The position numbers were made by a program, and so were the translations under genes. The notes beneath the pieces are model-generated. The model was given only the letters and a program-made list of their open reading frames with translations, made no database searches and had not been told where the DNA came from. From Pseudomonadota bacterium (GTDB lineage: Bacteria > Bdellovibrionota_B > Oligoflexia > Oligoflexales > RGVZ01), in NCBI GenBank assembly GCA_041178085.1, contig JBEGVZ010000065.1, positions 1 to 35,872 on the forward strand: a stretch of 35,872 bases of DNA. Reading direction: 5' to 3'. Shown here in pieces: positions 26,400 through 35,750 of this stretch. Each line of letters starts with the position of its first letter. Within the stretch, counting starts at the first letter, position 1.

Positions 26400-28109
26400 C
26401 TATTCGTTGTTAGCCTTTCGTGCGGCAATGGTCTTGTCACCATGACCAGAACGCTTGAACGCCTGAAGCTCCCGGCCGCTGCCAATCACGCCAGTGCGGG
26501 TCCATGCGGGCCAGAAAAGATCGAATCCCGTCGTCGCCATGCGACCGACAATAGTCCGGCCATCGTCAAGACGAAGCGCAATCTGTCCTGTATAGAAGTC
26601 AAAGGATCCGTCCTGGATCAAGCGGCGACGGCTTGGGTCGACCAGGTCGCGCGCCACCCCGAACATGCGTAGTGGGTAAAAATCACGCGCATCCTCGGAA
26701 ACATTTGACGCTACGCGCAGGTCGAATTGCCAGTTTTCACCGGCATATTGGCCGCTGAGGGATGGCATCAAGCGCTTCTCGTCCGCCATCAGGGGCGGCA
26801 TGTTGCCGCGAACGAGACTAACCGTGCCGATGCGGCCGTGGGTTTTGGAGTACCAGATTCCGTTGAGCCCCTTGCTGCCGACCTGTGTGACCAGCATGAA
26901 GGCCTCTCCCTGCCCAGACAGCACCATGCCCGCCTTACCCGCACGCTTTGCCACCGGATCAAAGCGGTAGGCGATGAACTCATTATTTTCCACCGGACCA
27001 AAGTAAAGAGCCGAAACCGGTAGATATTGCCCTGAAGCACGGTCAAACGAAAGATTCAGTGAAACGGGCTGGTAGTAACCAGTACCCTCCTGGTGCAGAT
27101 AACCATAATAGCCAGCTTCCAACGCCGCAGGGTTTGACTCCAGGTCAAGGGCAGCTCCCGTGTCAAAAACCGTCTCTGCCATGCGTTCGTGCATGCCAAG
27201 AAGCGACATCACGGGTGTCACAGAACGGACGACGCCGCCTGAGCGAATGAGCTTGCATGAATCACAAGTGAGTTCACCTGAATTGAGCTGGCACTGTACG
27301 TTGCGTGCGCCACTCTTGAGGATCAACATACCGCCAAAAGGATCGTAAGATCCGCTCCTGAAGATTGTCTGGGCACAATCGCCTGGCCGGACCCCGCAGG
27401 CATTGACATCAGCAATGCCCATTCGTCCAGTGATCAATCCATCACGAAGGAATCCTGGATCGTCCGACAAACCTTGGCGCCCCCAGCGGCTGAATTCCAA
27501 TTGAATCGCAGTTGCCGTGCCATTGCAGGTCGCCTCGTATTGCCCTGCGATCCCGTCCAGCGCCTGTGCGTTGCCACCAATATTGCGCAGGGCAGCCGCA
27601 AATGATTTGCGATCTTCGGCATCTGATGGCTGACGGCGCGCGTCAATATATCCGCGCAGGCCCTCATGAGGCGTGGAGAACGAAACCTTGGCTGTCAGGC
27701 GCTGCGGCCCAATGGACGCTTCTGACAGCTCAACCATGCCTTGGTCGTCCCCCGGGACGCCACTTGGAGTGACAACACGGAGCGAGCCATCAGCTGAAAT
27801 CGAAACCGACGGATAATAGAAGGAAGATACTTCAGGAGATTCAAACCCCCCGGGCAAGAAGCGAACCACGAGAGACGCTCCCCCCTCGGTAGCGGAGGGA
27901 AGCAAATCCAAAACCACAGCCATCTTGCTCTGGTCTGAGAGGCTGACGAAACCAAAGAAGCGTCCTGTCCGGGATGACTCGTACGAAGGCACAACAATTT
28001 CTGACATGTCTTTCACAGCAGAAGGGACAACAACCTTGCAAGCGCCAGCGGCGCTCGCCGCTGCAAGGAGAGTCAGGAGACGGAACAACTGCTTTCCGAA
28101 CATCGCCAT
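26400..28109 (-). CDS. hypothetical lipoprotein with apparent internal duplication
   Basis: 569-aa ORF; signal ending AGA-C; beta-rich; no family recognised. Confidence 0.75.
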   Translation of the reverse strand: MAMFGKQLFRLLTLLAAASAAGACKVVVPSAVKDMSEIVVPSYESSRTGRFFGFVSLSDQSKMAVVLDLLPSATEGGASLVVRFLPGGFESPEVSSFYYPSVSISADGSLRVVTPSGVPGDDQGMVELSEASIGPQRLTAKVSFSTPHEGLRGYIDARRQPSDAEDRKSFAAALRNIGGNAQALDGIAGQYEATCNGTATAIQLEFSRWGRQGLSDDPGFLRDGLITGRMGIADVNACGVRPGDCAQTIFRSGSYDPFGGMLILKSGARNVQCQLNSGELTCDSCKLIRSGGVVRSVTPVMSLLGMHERMAETVFDTGAALDLESNPAALEAGYYGYLHQEGTGYYQPVSLNLSFDRASGQYLPVSALYFGPVENNEFIAYRFDPVAKRAGKAGMVLSGQGEAFMLVTQVGSKGLNGIWYSKTHGRIGTVSLVRGNMPPLMADEKRLMPSLSGQYAGENWQFDLRVASNVSEDARDFYPLRMFGVARDLVDPSRRRLIQDGSFDFYTGQIALRLDDGRTIVGRMATTGFDLFWPAWTRTGVIGSGRELQAFKRSGHGDKTIAARKANNE

Positions 28110-28152
28110 GGGAACCGGGACCCCTCAGTGGCTCTTCAAGTACGAAACAATT

Positions 28153-28188
28153 AAAAAAACCCGCCACACATCAAGGGTATCGGCGGGT
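28153..28188 (-). terminator. putative terminator after the suc/M48 operon
   Basis: Minus strand ACCCGCC-N16-GGCGGGT followed by a T-run. The loop is long. Confidence 0.45.
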
Positions 28189-28203
28189 AAGGGAAAGGTT
28201 TTA
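28178..28203 (-). promoter_or_regulatory. sigma28 (FliA) promoter for the 569-aa lipoprotein gene
   Basis: Minus strand TAAA-acctttcccttaccc(15)-GCCGATA, a near-perfect consensus match. Confidence 0.75.
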
Positions 28204-28244
28204 GGGGGTATCGCTAAAAAATTTTTTTGGTGGGTGCCAGGGGA

Positions 28245-29033
28245 TCAGAGAGCCTTCGTGGGCTGGCGATCGCTGGCAGCAAATTCAACTTGGACAACTT
28301 CAGCCATTTTTTCCAATTCTTTCGAGCGCTTAAGAGGGTCCGGATGGGTTGACATGAACTCCGGAACGCGCCCCCCTACCGCGGCCATCCGCTGCCAGAG
28401 GCCGGCAGCCTCTTTGGGGTCGTAACCAGCCTTGGCCATATACAAAAGACCAATTTTGTCCGCCTCGGCTTCATGCAAACGGCTGTAGGGAAGGAGAACC
28501 CCGAACTGGGCCCCTAGACCGAGTGCCCCCATGGTGAGGCCCCGGTAACGACTGTCTTTTAATGCTCCGTCGACCACGGCAAGGCCAAACTGGGTCACCA
28601 CAGCCTGGCTCATGCGTTCAGCGCCGTGACGTGCCGTCGCATGGGCCACTTCGTGTCCCATGACAGCGGCAAGAGCCGCCTCATTTGCAGCCACTGGCAA
28701 GATCCCGGTGTATACCGCAATCTTGCCACCAGGCAGGCAAAAGGCATTGACCGTCTTCGAGTTGTCGATGACGGCGAACTCCCAGTCATACTTGGCGCCG
28801 CTGGCAGACGCGATGCGCTTGCCGATGCGGGTGACGATCTCATTCAAACGCGGATCTTTGGAAATCTTTTCTTTGGCAAGGACTTCCTTGTAGGACTCCA
28901 GGCCAAGTGCGTTCATCTGGCCATCCGGGACAAGATTCAAGGCCTGCCGATTGGTCACTGGCGTCGTCACGCAGGCGGCCGCAAGGAAAAAACCAAAAAC
29001 GAACAAACCCACGCCAAAGGCAAAGTAGCGCAT
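28245..29033 (-). CDS. M48 family metallopeptidase lipoprotein (LoiP/Oma1-like)
   Basis: Lipobox AAA-C, NAFCLPGGK, GHEVAH, YSRLHEAEAD, STHP. ATG 29033 overlaps the sucA stop (TGATG); GTG at 29036 is an alternative start. Confidence 0.92.
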   Translation of the reverse strand: MRYFAFGVGLFVFGFFLAAACVTTPVTNRQALNLVPDGQMNALGLESYKEVLAKEKISKDPRLNEIVTRIGKRIASASGAKYDWEFAVIDNSKTVNAFCLPGGKIAVYTGILPVAANEAALAAVMGHEVAHATARHGAERMSQAVVTQFGLAVVDGALKDSRYRGLTMGALGLGAQFGVLLPYSRLHEAEADKIGLLYMAKAGYDPKEAAGLWQRMAAVGGRVPEFMSTHPDPLKRSKELEKMAEVVQVEFAASDRQPTKAL

Positions 29034-31849
29034 CACTTTTTCTTTCCTGCCCCCGGACTCAAACCAAGGGATGTGCTGAGGATCCGCTCCTGCTCAACGA
29101 TATGGGCTTTTGTATACCCTTCAGCTGTCGTGCCAGAACTGCGGCGGCCAACGTAAGTCAGTCTGGCTCCTGAACCAGTCAAGTCATCGATCAGGTCCTT
29201 GAGCAGCGGCCGGACAAAATTCCAACCACCCATGTTTTGCGGCTCCTCCTGAACCCACACAAATTCTTTTGCCTGCTTGTAGGAGCCCAGAACTTTCCGC
29301 AAGGAAGCTTCAGGGAACGGATGCAGCTGCTCAACACGAACGACTGGTACACCGGCCGCAGAGCCGCTGGCCTTGCCGCGCATCTCGACCAGCTCGTAGT
29401 AAATCTTGCCCGAGCAAAGCACAACGCGTTCCAACTTGCGTGCATCAGCTGGCTTGAGCACACTCTCGTCAATCACTTCCTGGAAGCTGCCCTTTTCGAA
29501 TTCATCGACTGCAGACACAACTCCAGGATGACGTAGCAAGCTCTTTGGCGTCATCATGATGAGCGGCTTGCGGAAATTCCGCACCAGCTGACGCCTGAGT
29601 GCATGAAAGTGCTGGGCCGGCGTCGTCAGGTTCATCAACTGCATGTTCATGTTGCCACAAAGCTGCAGGAAACGTTCCGGACGGGCGCTTGAATGCTCCG
29701 GCCCCATACCCTCATAACCGTGGGGCAACAGCAGAACCAGCCCGCTCGTTTGCTTCCACTTGGCTTCTGAAGCACACAGGAACTGGTCGATGATGATCTG
29801 GGCACCATTACAGAAGTCCCCAAACTGGGCCTCCCACAGGACAAGCGCCTCCGGATCGGCTACCGTGTAGCCAAATTCAAAGCCCATCACACCAGCTTCA
29901 CTGAGCGGGCTGTTGATCACTTCAACTTCGCCCTGATTTTTTGCCAGGTCGCCCAGAAGGTTCAACAAGGCACCTGTTTCGACATCACGAATCACTGCAT
30001 GCCGGCTACTGAAAGTACCGCGCTGGCAATCCTGGCCAGACAGGCGCACGTGATGGCCATCTGCCGCCAAAGAAGCAAAAGCCAGCAACTCACCAAGCGC
30101 CCAGTCAACGGCACCAGCCCCATCGACCATTTTGCGACGGGTGTCGAGCAATCGGACGATTTTCGGATTTGGAGTGAAGCCCGCAGGAATCGACGTCATC
30201 CTGGCGACCAACTCGCGAATGCGCGCAGCCTTCACCCCGGTTTCCACTGGCTTCCAGAATTCCTTCTCATCGACGCGGACACTGACCGCAGATTTCTCAA
30301 GTTCTTTCGGCGGAGCGATGGCCGAGTCCTTCGGCATCTTGCCCGCACGGACATTTTCAAACGCGTTTTGCAGCTTGTTTTTCCAGGCTTCGCTCAAAGC
30401 ATCGTAATCAGACTGCGTCAACACACCAGCTTGTACAAGCTGCCCCGAGTACTGGGTCAGCACCGTGGGGTGGGAGTTTATCTTGCGGTACATGACCGGC
30501 TGAGTGAACGCAGGCTCATCGGTCTCGTTATGACCGTGACGGCGGTAGCCGATCAGGTCAATCACAATGTCCTTCTGAAACTTCTGGCGGTATTCGACCG
30601 CCAGCATGCCGCACCAGGCAACCGCTTCCGGATCGTCGGCGTTGACGTGAAGAACAGGCGCCCGGACCAGCTTGGCCACTCCCGACGCGTAGGTACAGGA
30701 GCGCGCTTCCTCAGGATTGGTCGTGAAGCCAACTTGATTGTTGGTGATGACGTGAATCGTACCGCCTGTCTCATAAGCAGGAAGCTGGGACAGGTTCAGA
30801 GTCTCCATGACCACACCCTGGCCCATGAAGGCAGCATCACCATGAACGAGGACGGGCATCACACGGCTGCGGTTGTTCGCGGCAATCATGCGCTGGCGAG
30901 CGCGGACAAAACCTTCGACCACCGGGTTGACGATTTCCAAGTGACTCGGGTTGGGCGACAAGTAGATGCGCATGCGCCCGCCACCGAACGCTGGAACTTC
31001 CGAGGCGAAGCCCATGTGGTACTTGACGTCGCCGTCGATATCGAATGTCCGGACCTCGCCCCCCTCGAATTCCTTGAACATGAATTCAAGGGGCTTGCCC
31101 ATGATATTGACAAGCGTATTCAAGCGGCCGCGGTGGGCCATGCCGATCGCCATTTCCTCGACTGAGGCTTTCGCCGCCTCAGAAATAATTGTGTCGACCA
31201 GTGGAACGAAGGAATCCAGGCCTTCGAGGGAGAATCTCTTCTGGCCGAGGTAACGCGCGTGCAGGAAGCGCTCGAAACCCTCGGCCTCCACCAGTTTCGC
31301 AAGGATGCGCTTACGCACTTCCGGGCTGAAAGCCGGCTGGTTGCGGCAGGACTCCATCTTGCCCTGGAACCATTGAACAACATCGATGTCATCAATTTCG
31401 CGGAACTCGGCGCCAATGCGGCCACAATAGGTTGCCGTCATCAGGTCCCGGATCGCCGAGAAAGTCATCGGCTCTTTGCCACCCGGCAGGTTGGCTGGAA
31501 CAAACGTGTCGCTATCAACAACGTGACCAAGGCCATGGGCCTGGGATTGCATGTCGGGACGAAGTTCTGGTCTGGGTTCGAGCGGATTCAAGTGCGCAGA
31601 CAGATGACCAAGGCGCCGGAAGGCGTTGATCCATGCCTCAACCAGGGCACTGTCATGGGATCCGCCACCACCACCCGCAGCACCGATACCCGACGACGCC
31701 GCAAATTCGACGCCTTCAAAAAACTTGCGCCAGCCTTCGTCAACGCTGGCGGGGTCCTTCTTGAACCGGGCGAACAGCTCTTCGATATAGGCAGCGTTCT
31801 CACCGGTGGCGTAAGAGAACCTGGAAAGTCCGTTTTCACCGAATGCCAT
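29033..31849 (-). CDS. sucA: 2-oxoglutarate dehydrogenase E1
   Basis: NAAYIEELF, KRFSLEG, GMAHRGRLN, GDVKYHMG, HGDAAF.GQG, YRRHGHNE, WEAQFGDF, GPEHSSARPERFLQ. ATG 31849 after GAGGA. Confidence 0.97.
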   Translation of the reverse strand: MAFGENGLSRFSYATGENAAYIEELFARFKKDPASVDEGWRKFFEGVEFAASSGIGAAGGGGGSHDSALVEAWINAFRRLGHLSAHLNPLEPRPELRPDMQSQAHGLGHVVDSDTFVPANLPGGKEPMTFSAIRDLMTATYCGRIGAEFREIDDIDVVQWFQGKMESCRNQPAFSPEVRKRILAKLVEAEGFERFLHARYLGQKRFSLEGLDSFVPLVDTIISEAAKASVEEMAIGMAHRGRLNTLVNIMGKPLEFMFKEFEGGEVRTFDIDGDVKYHMGFASEVPAFGGGRMRIYLSPNPSHLEIVNPVVEGFVRARQRMIAANNRSRVMPVLVHGDAAFMGQGVVMETLNLSQLPAYETGGTIHVITNNQVGFTTNPEEARSCTYASGVAKLVRAPVLHVNADDPEAVAWCGMLAVEYRQKFQKDIVIDLIGYRRHGHNETDEPAFTQPVMYRKINSHPTVLTQYSGQLVQAGVLTQSDYDALSEAWKNKLQNAFENVRAGKMPKDSAIAPPKELEKSAVSVRVDEKEFWKPVETGVKAARIRELVARMTSIPAGFTPNPKIVRLLDTRRKMVDGAGAVDWALGELLAFASLAADGHHVRLSGQDCQRGTFSSRHAVIRDVETGALLNLLGDLAKNQGEVEVINSPLSEAGVMGFEFGYTVADPEALVLWEAQFGDFCNGAQIIIDQFLCASEAKWKQTSGLVLLLPHGYEGMGPEHSSARPERFLQLCGNMNMQLMNLTTPAQHFHALRRQLVRNFRKPLIMMTPKSLLRHPGVVSAVDEFEKGSFQEVIDESVLKPADARKLERVVLCSGKIYYELVEMRGKASGSAAGVPVVRVEQLHPFPEASLRKVLGSYKQAKEFVWVQEEPQNMGGWNFVRPLLKDLIDDLTGSGARLTYVGRRSSGTTAEGYTKAHIVEQERILSTSLGLSPGAGKKK

Positions 31850-31860
31850 CGGATGATTCC

Positions 31861-33294
31861 TCACATGTGGATGGTACGCTTGTCGACACCCAGCGCGGCT
31901 TCCTTGATCGCCTCCGCCAGGGTGGGATGGGCGTGAGACGAGCGCGCAAGATCCTCTGCGCTGCCAGCAAATTCAAATGCAATCGCGGCCTCGGCGATCA
32001 GCTCAGACGCATTGGGGCCGACCATATGAACGCCCAGCAAACGATCTGTCTTGCCATCAGCAATGATCTTTACAAAGCCGTCGGTGTCACCCATGGCCTT
32101 TGCGCGTCCGTTTGCCGCAAAAGGAAATTGTCCGGTCTTGTAATCCAGGCCCTTGGACTTGGCTTGTTCTTCGGTTATGCCGACAGAGGCAACTTCCGGC
32201 CAGGTATAAACCACGTTCGGAATCGCATCGTAATTCACATGGCCCGCCTTGCCGGCGATGATCTCCGCACACGCGATGCCTTCGTCTTCTGCCTTGTGCG
32301 CCAGCATCAACCCGTCAATCACGTCACCAATCGCGTAAACGCCAGCAACTGGCGTTTTGAAATGCCCATCAACCGGCACACGACCATTGGGCTGAAGTGA
32401 AAGTCCGATCGCCTCCATCCCGAGCTTGAAAGTATTGGGACGGCGCCCGACAGCAACCAAGACCTTGTCGGCCTTGAGATCTTTCTTCGCACCTTCGTGC
32501 TCAAAATCGACCCTGACTGACTTGCCCTCTGGTTTGGCCCCCGTCAATTTTGCACCAAGGAGGAATTCCATTCCCTGCTTGACGAGGATCTTGTGCATCG
32601 CTGCAGAAACGGCCCCATCCATCGGTGGCAAGACCCGGTCAGCGGCTTCGATCACAGTGACTTTAGCACCAAGGCGCTTCCAAACACTGCCCATCTCAAG
32701 TCCAATAACACCAGCCCCGATCACAACCAGGTGACCCGGGACTTTATCGAGCGCGAGTGCATCGGTGGAGTCGATGACAAATTTGTGATCGAACGGAGCA
32801 ATCGCTTTCAACTCAACGGGCTCGCTACCCGTTGCGATGATCACGGTCTTGGTTGCGTGAATCGTAGACGAGCCGTCGGCCTTGTCGACTGCGACCTGGT
32901 GAATGCCCGCTTTGGCCGGGCCTGCAAACCGTCCGTGCCCCTGGAGCCAGGTGATTTTATTTTTGCGAAATAGCCCTTCGATACCGCGTGTGAGGCCTTT
33001 GACCACCTCGTCCTTGCGCTTCATCATTTGGGGCAGGTCGAGTTCCACACCGGAGACCCTGACCCCGTGCTCGGCAATCTTGTGCTGGACGTGGGAGAAA
33101 GCTTCGCTCGACTGCAGCAAAGCCTTGCTTGGAATGCAACCGACGTTGAGGCAAGTTCCACCAAGCGTACCGCGCGATTCCACACAGGCAGTTTTCAAGC
33201 CGAGCTGAGCCGCACGAATCGCTGCCACGTACCCTCCCGGGCCGGCACCGATGATAATCACATCAAACTGGTTTGCTGCTGCGTCACCAGACAT
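31861..33294 (-). CDS. lpdA: dihydrolipoyl dehydrogenase (E3)
   Basis: GAGPGGYVAA, GGTCLNVGCIPSK, GAGVIGLE, HAHPTLAE. ATG 33294 after AGGAG. Confidence 0.97.
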   Translation of the reverse strand: MSGDAAANQFDVIIIGAGPGGYVAAIRAAQLGLKTACVESRGTLGGTCLNVGCIPSKALLQSSEAFSHVQHKIAEHGVRVSGVELDLPQMMKRKDEVVKGLTRGIEGLFRKNKITWLQGHGRFAGPAKAGIHQVAVDKADGSSTIHATKTVIIATGSEPVELKAIAPFDHKFVIDSTDALALDKVPGHLVVIGAGVIGLEMGSVWKRLGAKVTVIEAADRVLPPMDGAVSAAMHKILVKQGMEFLLGAKLTGAKPEGKSVRVDFEHEGAKKDLKADKVLVAVGRRPNTFKLGMEAIGLSLQPNGRVPVDGHFKTPVAGVYAIGDVIDGLMLAHKAEDEGIACAEIIAGKAGHVNYDAIPNVVYTWPEVASVGITEEQAKSKGLDYKTGQFPFAANGRAKAMGDTDGFVKIIADGKTDRLLGVHMVGPNASELIAEAAIAFEFAGSAEDLARSSHAHPTLAEAIKEAALGVDKRTIHM

Positions 33295-33308
33295 AGGTTC
33301 TTTTCTCC

Positions 33309-34547
33309 TCACACACCGATAAGAATGCGGGTCGGGTCTTCAACACACTCTTTCACCTTGACCAGGAATTGAACCGCTTCGCGTCCATCAACAATCCGAT
33401 GATCGTATGACAAGGCGACGTACATCATCGGACGAACGACCACCTGGCCGTTGACCACGACGGGGCGCTCCTGAATCTTGTGCATTCCCAGAATGCCACT
33501 TTGCGGTGGGTTCAAGATCGGCGTCGACATCAGCGACCCGAAAACTCCGCCGTTGGAAACGGTGAACGTCCCGCCGGTAAGTTCATCCACCGTGATTTTC
33601 CCGTCCCGGGCACGCTTGGCAAAGTTGCCAATCGCCATTTCCATTTCCGCAAATGACAGGCGGTCTGCATTCCGCACCACGGGCACAACAAGCCCTCGGT
33701 CGGACGATACAGCAACGCCGATGTCGAAGTAGTCGTGGTAAACGATGTCGTTGCCTTCGATCCACCCATTGATCGCCGGGAAAGCTCTCAGCCCTTCAAT
33801 AACGCCCTTGACGAAGAAGCTCATGAAGCCGAGGGAAATCCCGTATTTCTCTTTGAAGCTGTCTTTGTATTGTGCACGCAGCGCCATCACTGCCGTCATG
33901 TCGATCTCATTGAAAGTCGTCAGGATGGCCGCAGTGGACTGTGCTTGCACAAGGCGCTCGGCAATGCGGCGACGGAGCATGCTCATCGGCTCGCGGCGCT
34001 CTCCACGACTGCCAGCGGGCACGGATGGCGCAGCGGGCGTCGGTGCACGTGCGGCTGGTGCGGCAGCAGGCGCACCAGAGGCGGCACCCAAAACATCACC
34101 TTTTGTCAGGCGACCGTCCCGGCCGGAACCTGCGACCTTTGAAGTATCAACACCAGTTTCAGCAACGATGCGGCGGACTGCCGGGCTGAAGGAGTCTGCG
34201 GGTGCGTGAGCGGCCGGCGCTACAGCAACTGGTTTCGCAGCGGGAGCAGGTGCTGGGGATGCAGCTGGCGCCGATGCAGGCGCGGACGCAGCACCACCAG
34301 CAGGCTTGGCGGCTGCAGTATCGATGCTGGCGATCACTTCGCCCACAGCGACCATGTCGCCTTGCTTTTTCCCGACCTGAATCACACCGGCGGCCTCGGC
34401 CACGACTTCAACCGTGGCCTTGTCCGTCTCAAGCTCGACAAGCACCTGGTCGCGGTTCACATAGTCACCGCTCTTCACGTGCCATTTGTGAATCATGCCC
34501 TCTTTGACGGACTCGCCGACTGATGGGACCTTGACATCAACAGCCAT
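33309..34547 (-). CDS. sucB: 2-oxoglutarate dehydrogenase E2, dihydrolipoyllysine succinyltransferase
   Basis: Lipoyl domain ETDKA, E3-binding [17 protein letters not shown], catalytic [12 protein letters not shown] 34547. Confidence 0.97.
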   Translation of the reverse strand: MAVDVKVPSVGESVKEGMIHKWHVKSGDYVNRDQVLVELETDKATVEVVAEAAGVIQVGKKQGDMVAVGEVIASIDTAAAKPAGGAASAPASAPAASPAPAPAAKPVAVAPAAHAPADSFSPAVRRIVAETGVDTSKVAGSGRDGRLTKGDVLGAASGAPAAAPAARAPTPAAPSVPAGSRGERREPMSMLRRRIAERLVQAQSTAAILTTFNEIDMTAVMALRAQYKDSFKEKYGISLGFMSFFVKGVIEGLRAFPAINGWIEGNDIVYHDYFDIGVAVSSDRGLVVPVVRNADRLSFAEMEMAIGNFAKRARDGKITVDELTGGTFTVSNGGVFGSLMSTPILNPPQSGILGMHKIQERPVVVNGQVVVRPMMYVALSYDHRIVDGREAVQFLVKVKECVEDPTRILIGV

Positions 34548-34769
34548 CCCTAACTCCCGGGAAAAAATCATGAAAACGTGCCTGCAAACCCCATCTTCCT
34601 ACAATAATGGTCAGCCAATGACCAGCCCTTTGCAAGGACACGGAAATTCTTGCAGGGGAACTGCCCGCCAGATGACCAGACAGCAAATTTGAGGTGAAAA
34701 TTTTGCCCGGTAGCCCCATGATGAACGCCAGAAACATCGGATGATTGTAGTCCCGGAGGTAATGCCACC

Positions 34770-35690
34770 ATGGCAAAGAATTACGCGCCCGTTAAAAATT
34801 TTATGAAAATCAACATGGCTGCAGCCGTGCTGGCGACCATGATCAGCTTTCATCAAGCCTGTGTCACAGCCAGTGGTCCAAAAGAGAACCCCGACTTGAA
34901 AATTTCCGATAGCCCTGGACCGGAAAAGCCGAAAATTCAACCCAGCCGGACCGCGAGCGGACTGGCACCATGGTCCAATGGGGGCAAAGCACAGAAAGTG
35001 GCTTGGTTCCTTTGTGCTGCCCCGGCCGGAAAGCAGACCGTCCTGCTGGCTCACGACGAAGCCTCTGGATTCAATGCCGATTCATTCTGCAACACTCCAG
35101 AATCACAAGCTTTTATTAGCTCTGGGTTCCACGTCCTGGGGATCAACAGGCCTGGTTTCGCCCCATCGACTGGCGAGGCGGACCTGGTTGGTAAAGCCTC
35201 GCAACAGGCTGCTCTGGTTGCTGCGAAGCACGCCGCCGCGCAGGCTCCGGGACTTCCGGGGCCGCTGACCGGGGCGTTCGGTTTTGGCACCGGGGCTGCC
35301 GCGGCATCGTTTTTTGCCAAACAGCACGGCAACCTTTCCTGGCTGATCGTTGGTTCCGGAATCTATGATTTCGAACAAGCATCGAGAACTTCAAGCGATA
35401 AAACACTGATCCAGCTCATAGAAAAAACCGTCAAGAAGGACGGTGATACCGCTCATGAAATCCGTTCCATCGGTTACGATGTCGCTGGTCTTCCTGCTCG
35501 GATCGCAATTTTTCAGGGGGCCAGCGACACAGTTTCCCCTGCAGACCAGGCCTACGCATTTCGCGACTCGCTTGCTGCAAGTGAATACAAGGTAACGTTT
35601 CAAATGATCTCAGGCATCGGCCACGAAATTCCGCCAGCACAAATGCGACAGATCATGGACGTAACCATTTCATCCGTCGCAACGAAGTAA
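34770..35690 (+). CDS. exported alpha/beta-hydrolase-fold protein lacking the catalytic Ser
   Basis: INRPGFAPS, elbow GFGTG, GSGIYD, QGASDTVSP, GIGH; GGAGGT RBS; N-terminal signal with a possible lipobox Cys. Confidence 0.78.
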   Translation: MAKNYAPVKNFMKINMAAAVLATMISFHQACVTASGPKENPDLKISDSPGPEKPKIQPSRTASGLAPWSNGGKAQKVAWFLCAAPAGKQTVLLAHDEASGFNADSFCNTPESQAFISSGFHVLGINRPGFAPSTGEADLVGKASQQAALVAAKHAAAQAPGLPGPLTGAFGFGTGAAAASFFAKQHGNLSWLIVGSGIYDFEQASRTSSDKTLIQLIEKTVKKDGDTAHEIRSIGYDVAGLPARIAIFQGASDTVSPADQAYAFRDSLAASEYKVTFQMISGIGHEIPPAQMRQIMDVTISSVATK

Positions 35691-35715
35691 AAACTGCCCC
35701 CATTCGTTGGTGATG

Positions 35716-35750
35716 GAATCTCGCTAAATTTGCGGGATTTCTCTTTTTTT
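35716..35750 (+). terminator. intrinsic terminator
   Basis: GAATCTCGC-taaattt-GCGGGATTT (with G-U pairs) followed by CTCTTTTTTT. Confidence 0.7.

Noticed and set aside
29999..31165. 388-aa plus-strand ORF (and similar ORFs opposite lpdA and sucB)
   Set aside because: Antisense to highly conserved suc genes; expected from codon bias.
34000..34330. Ala/Pro-rich low-complexity repeats in sucB
   Set aside because: Normal flexible linkers of E2 subunits.
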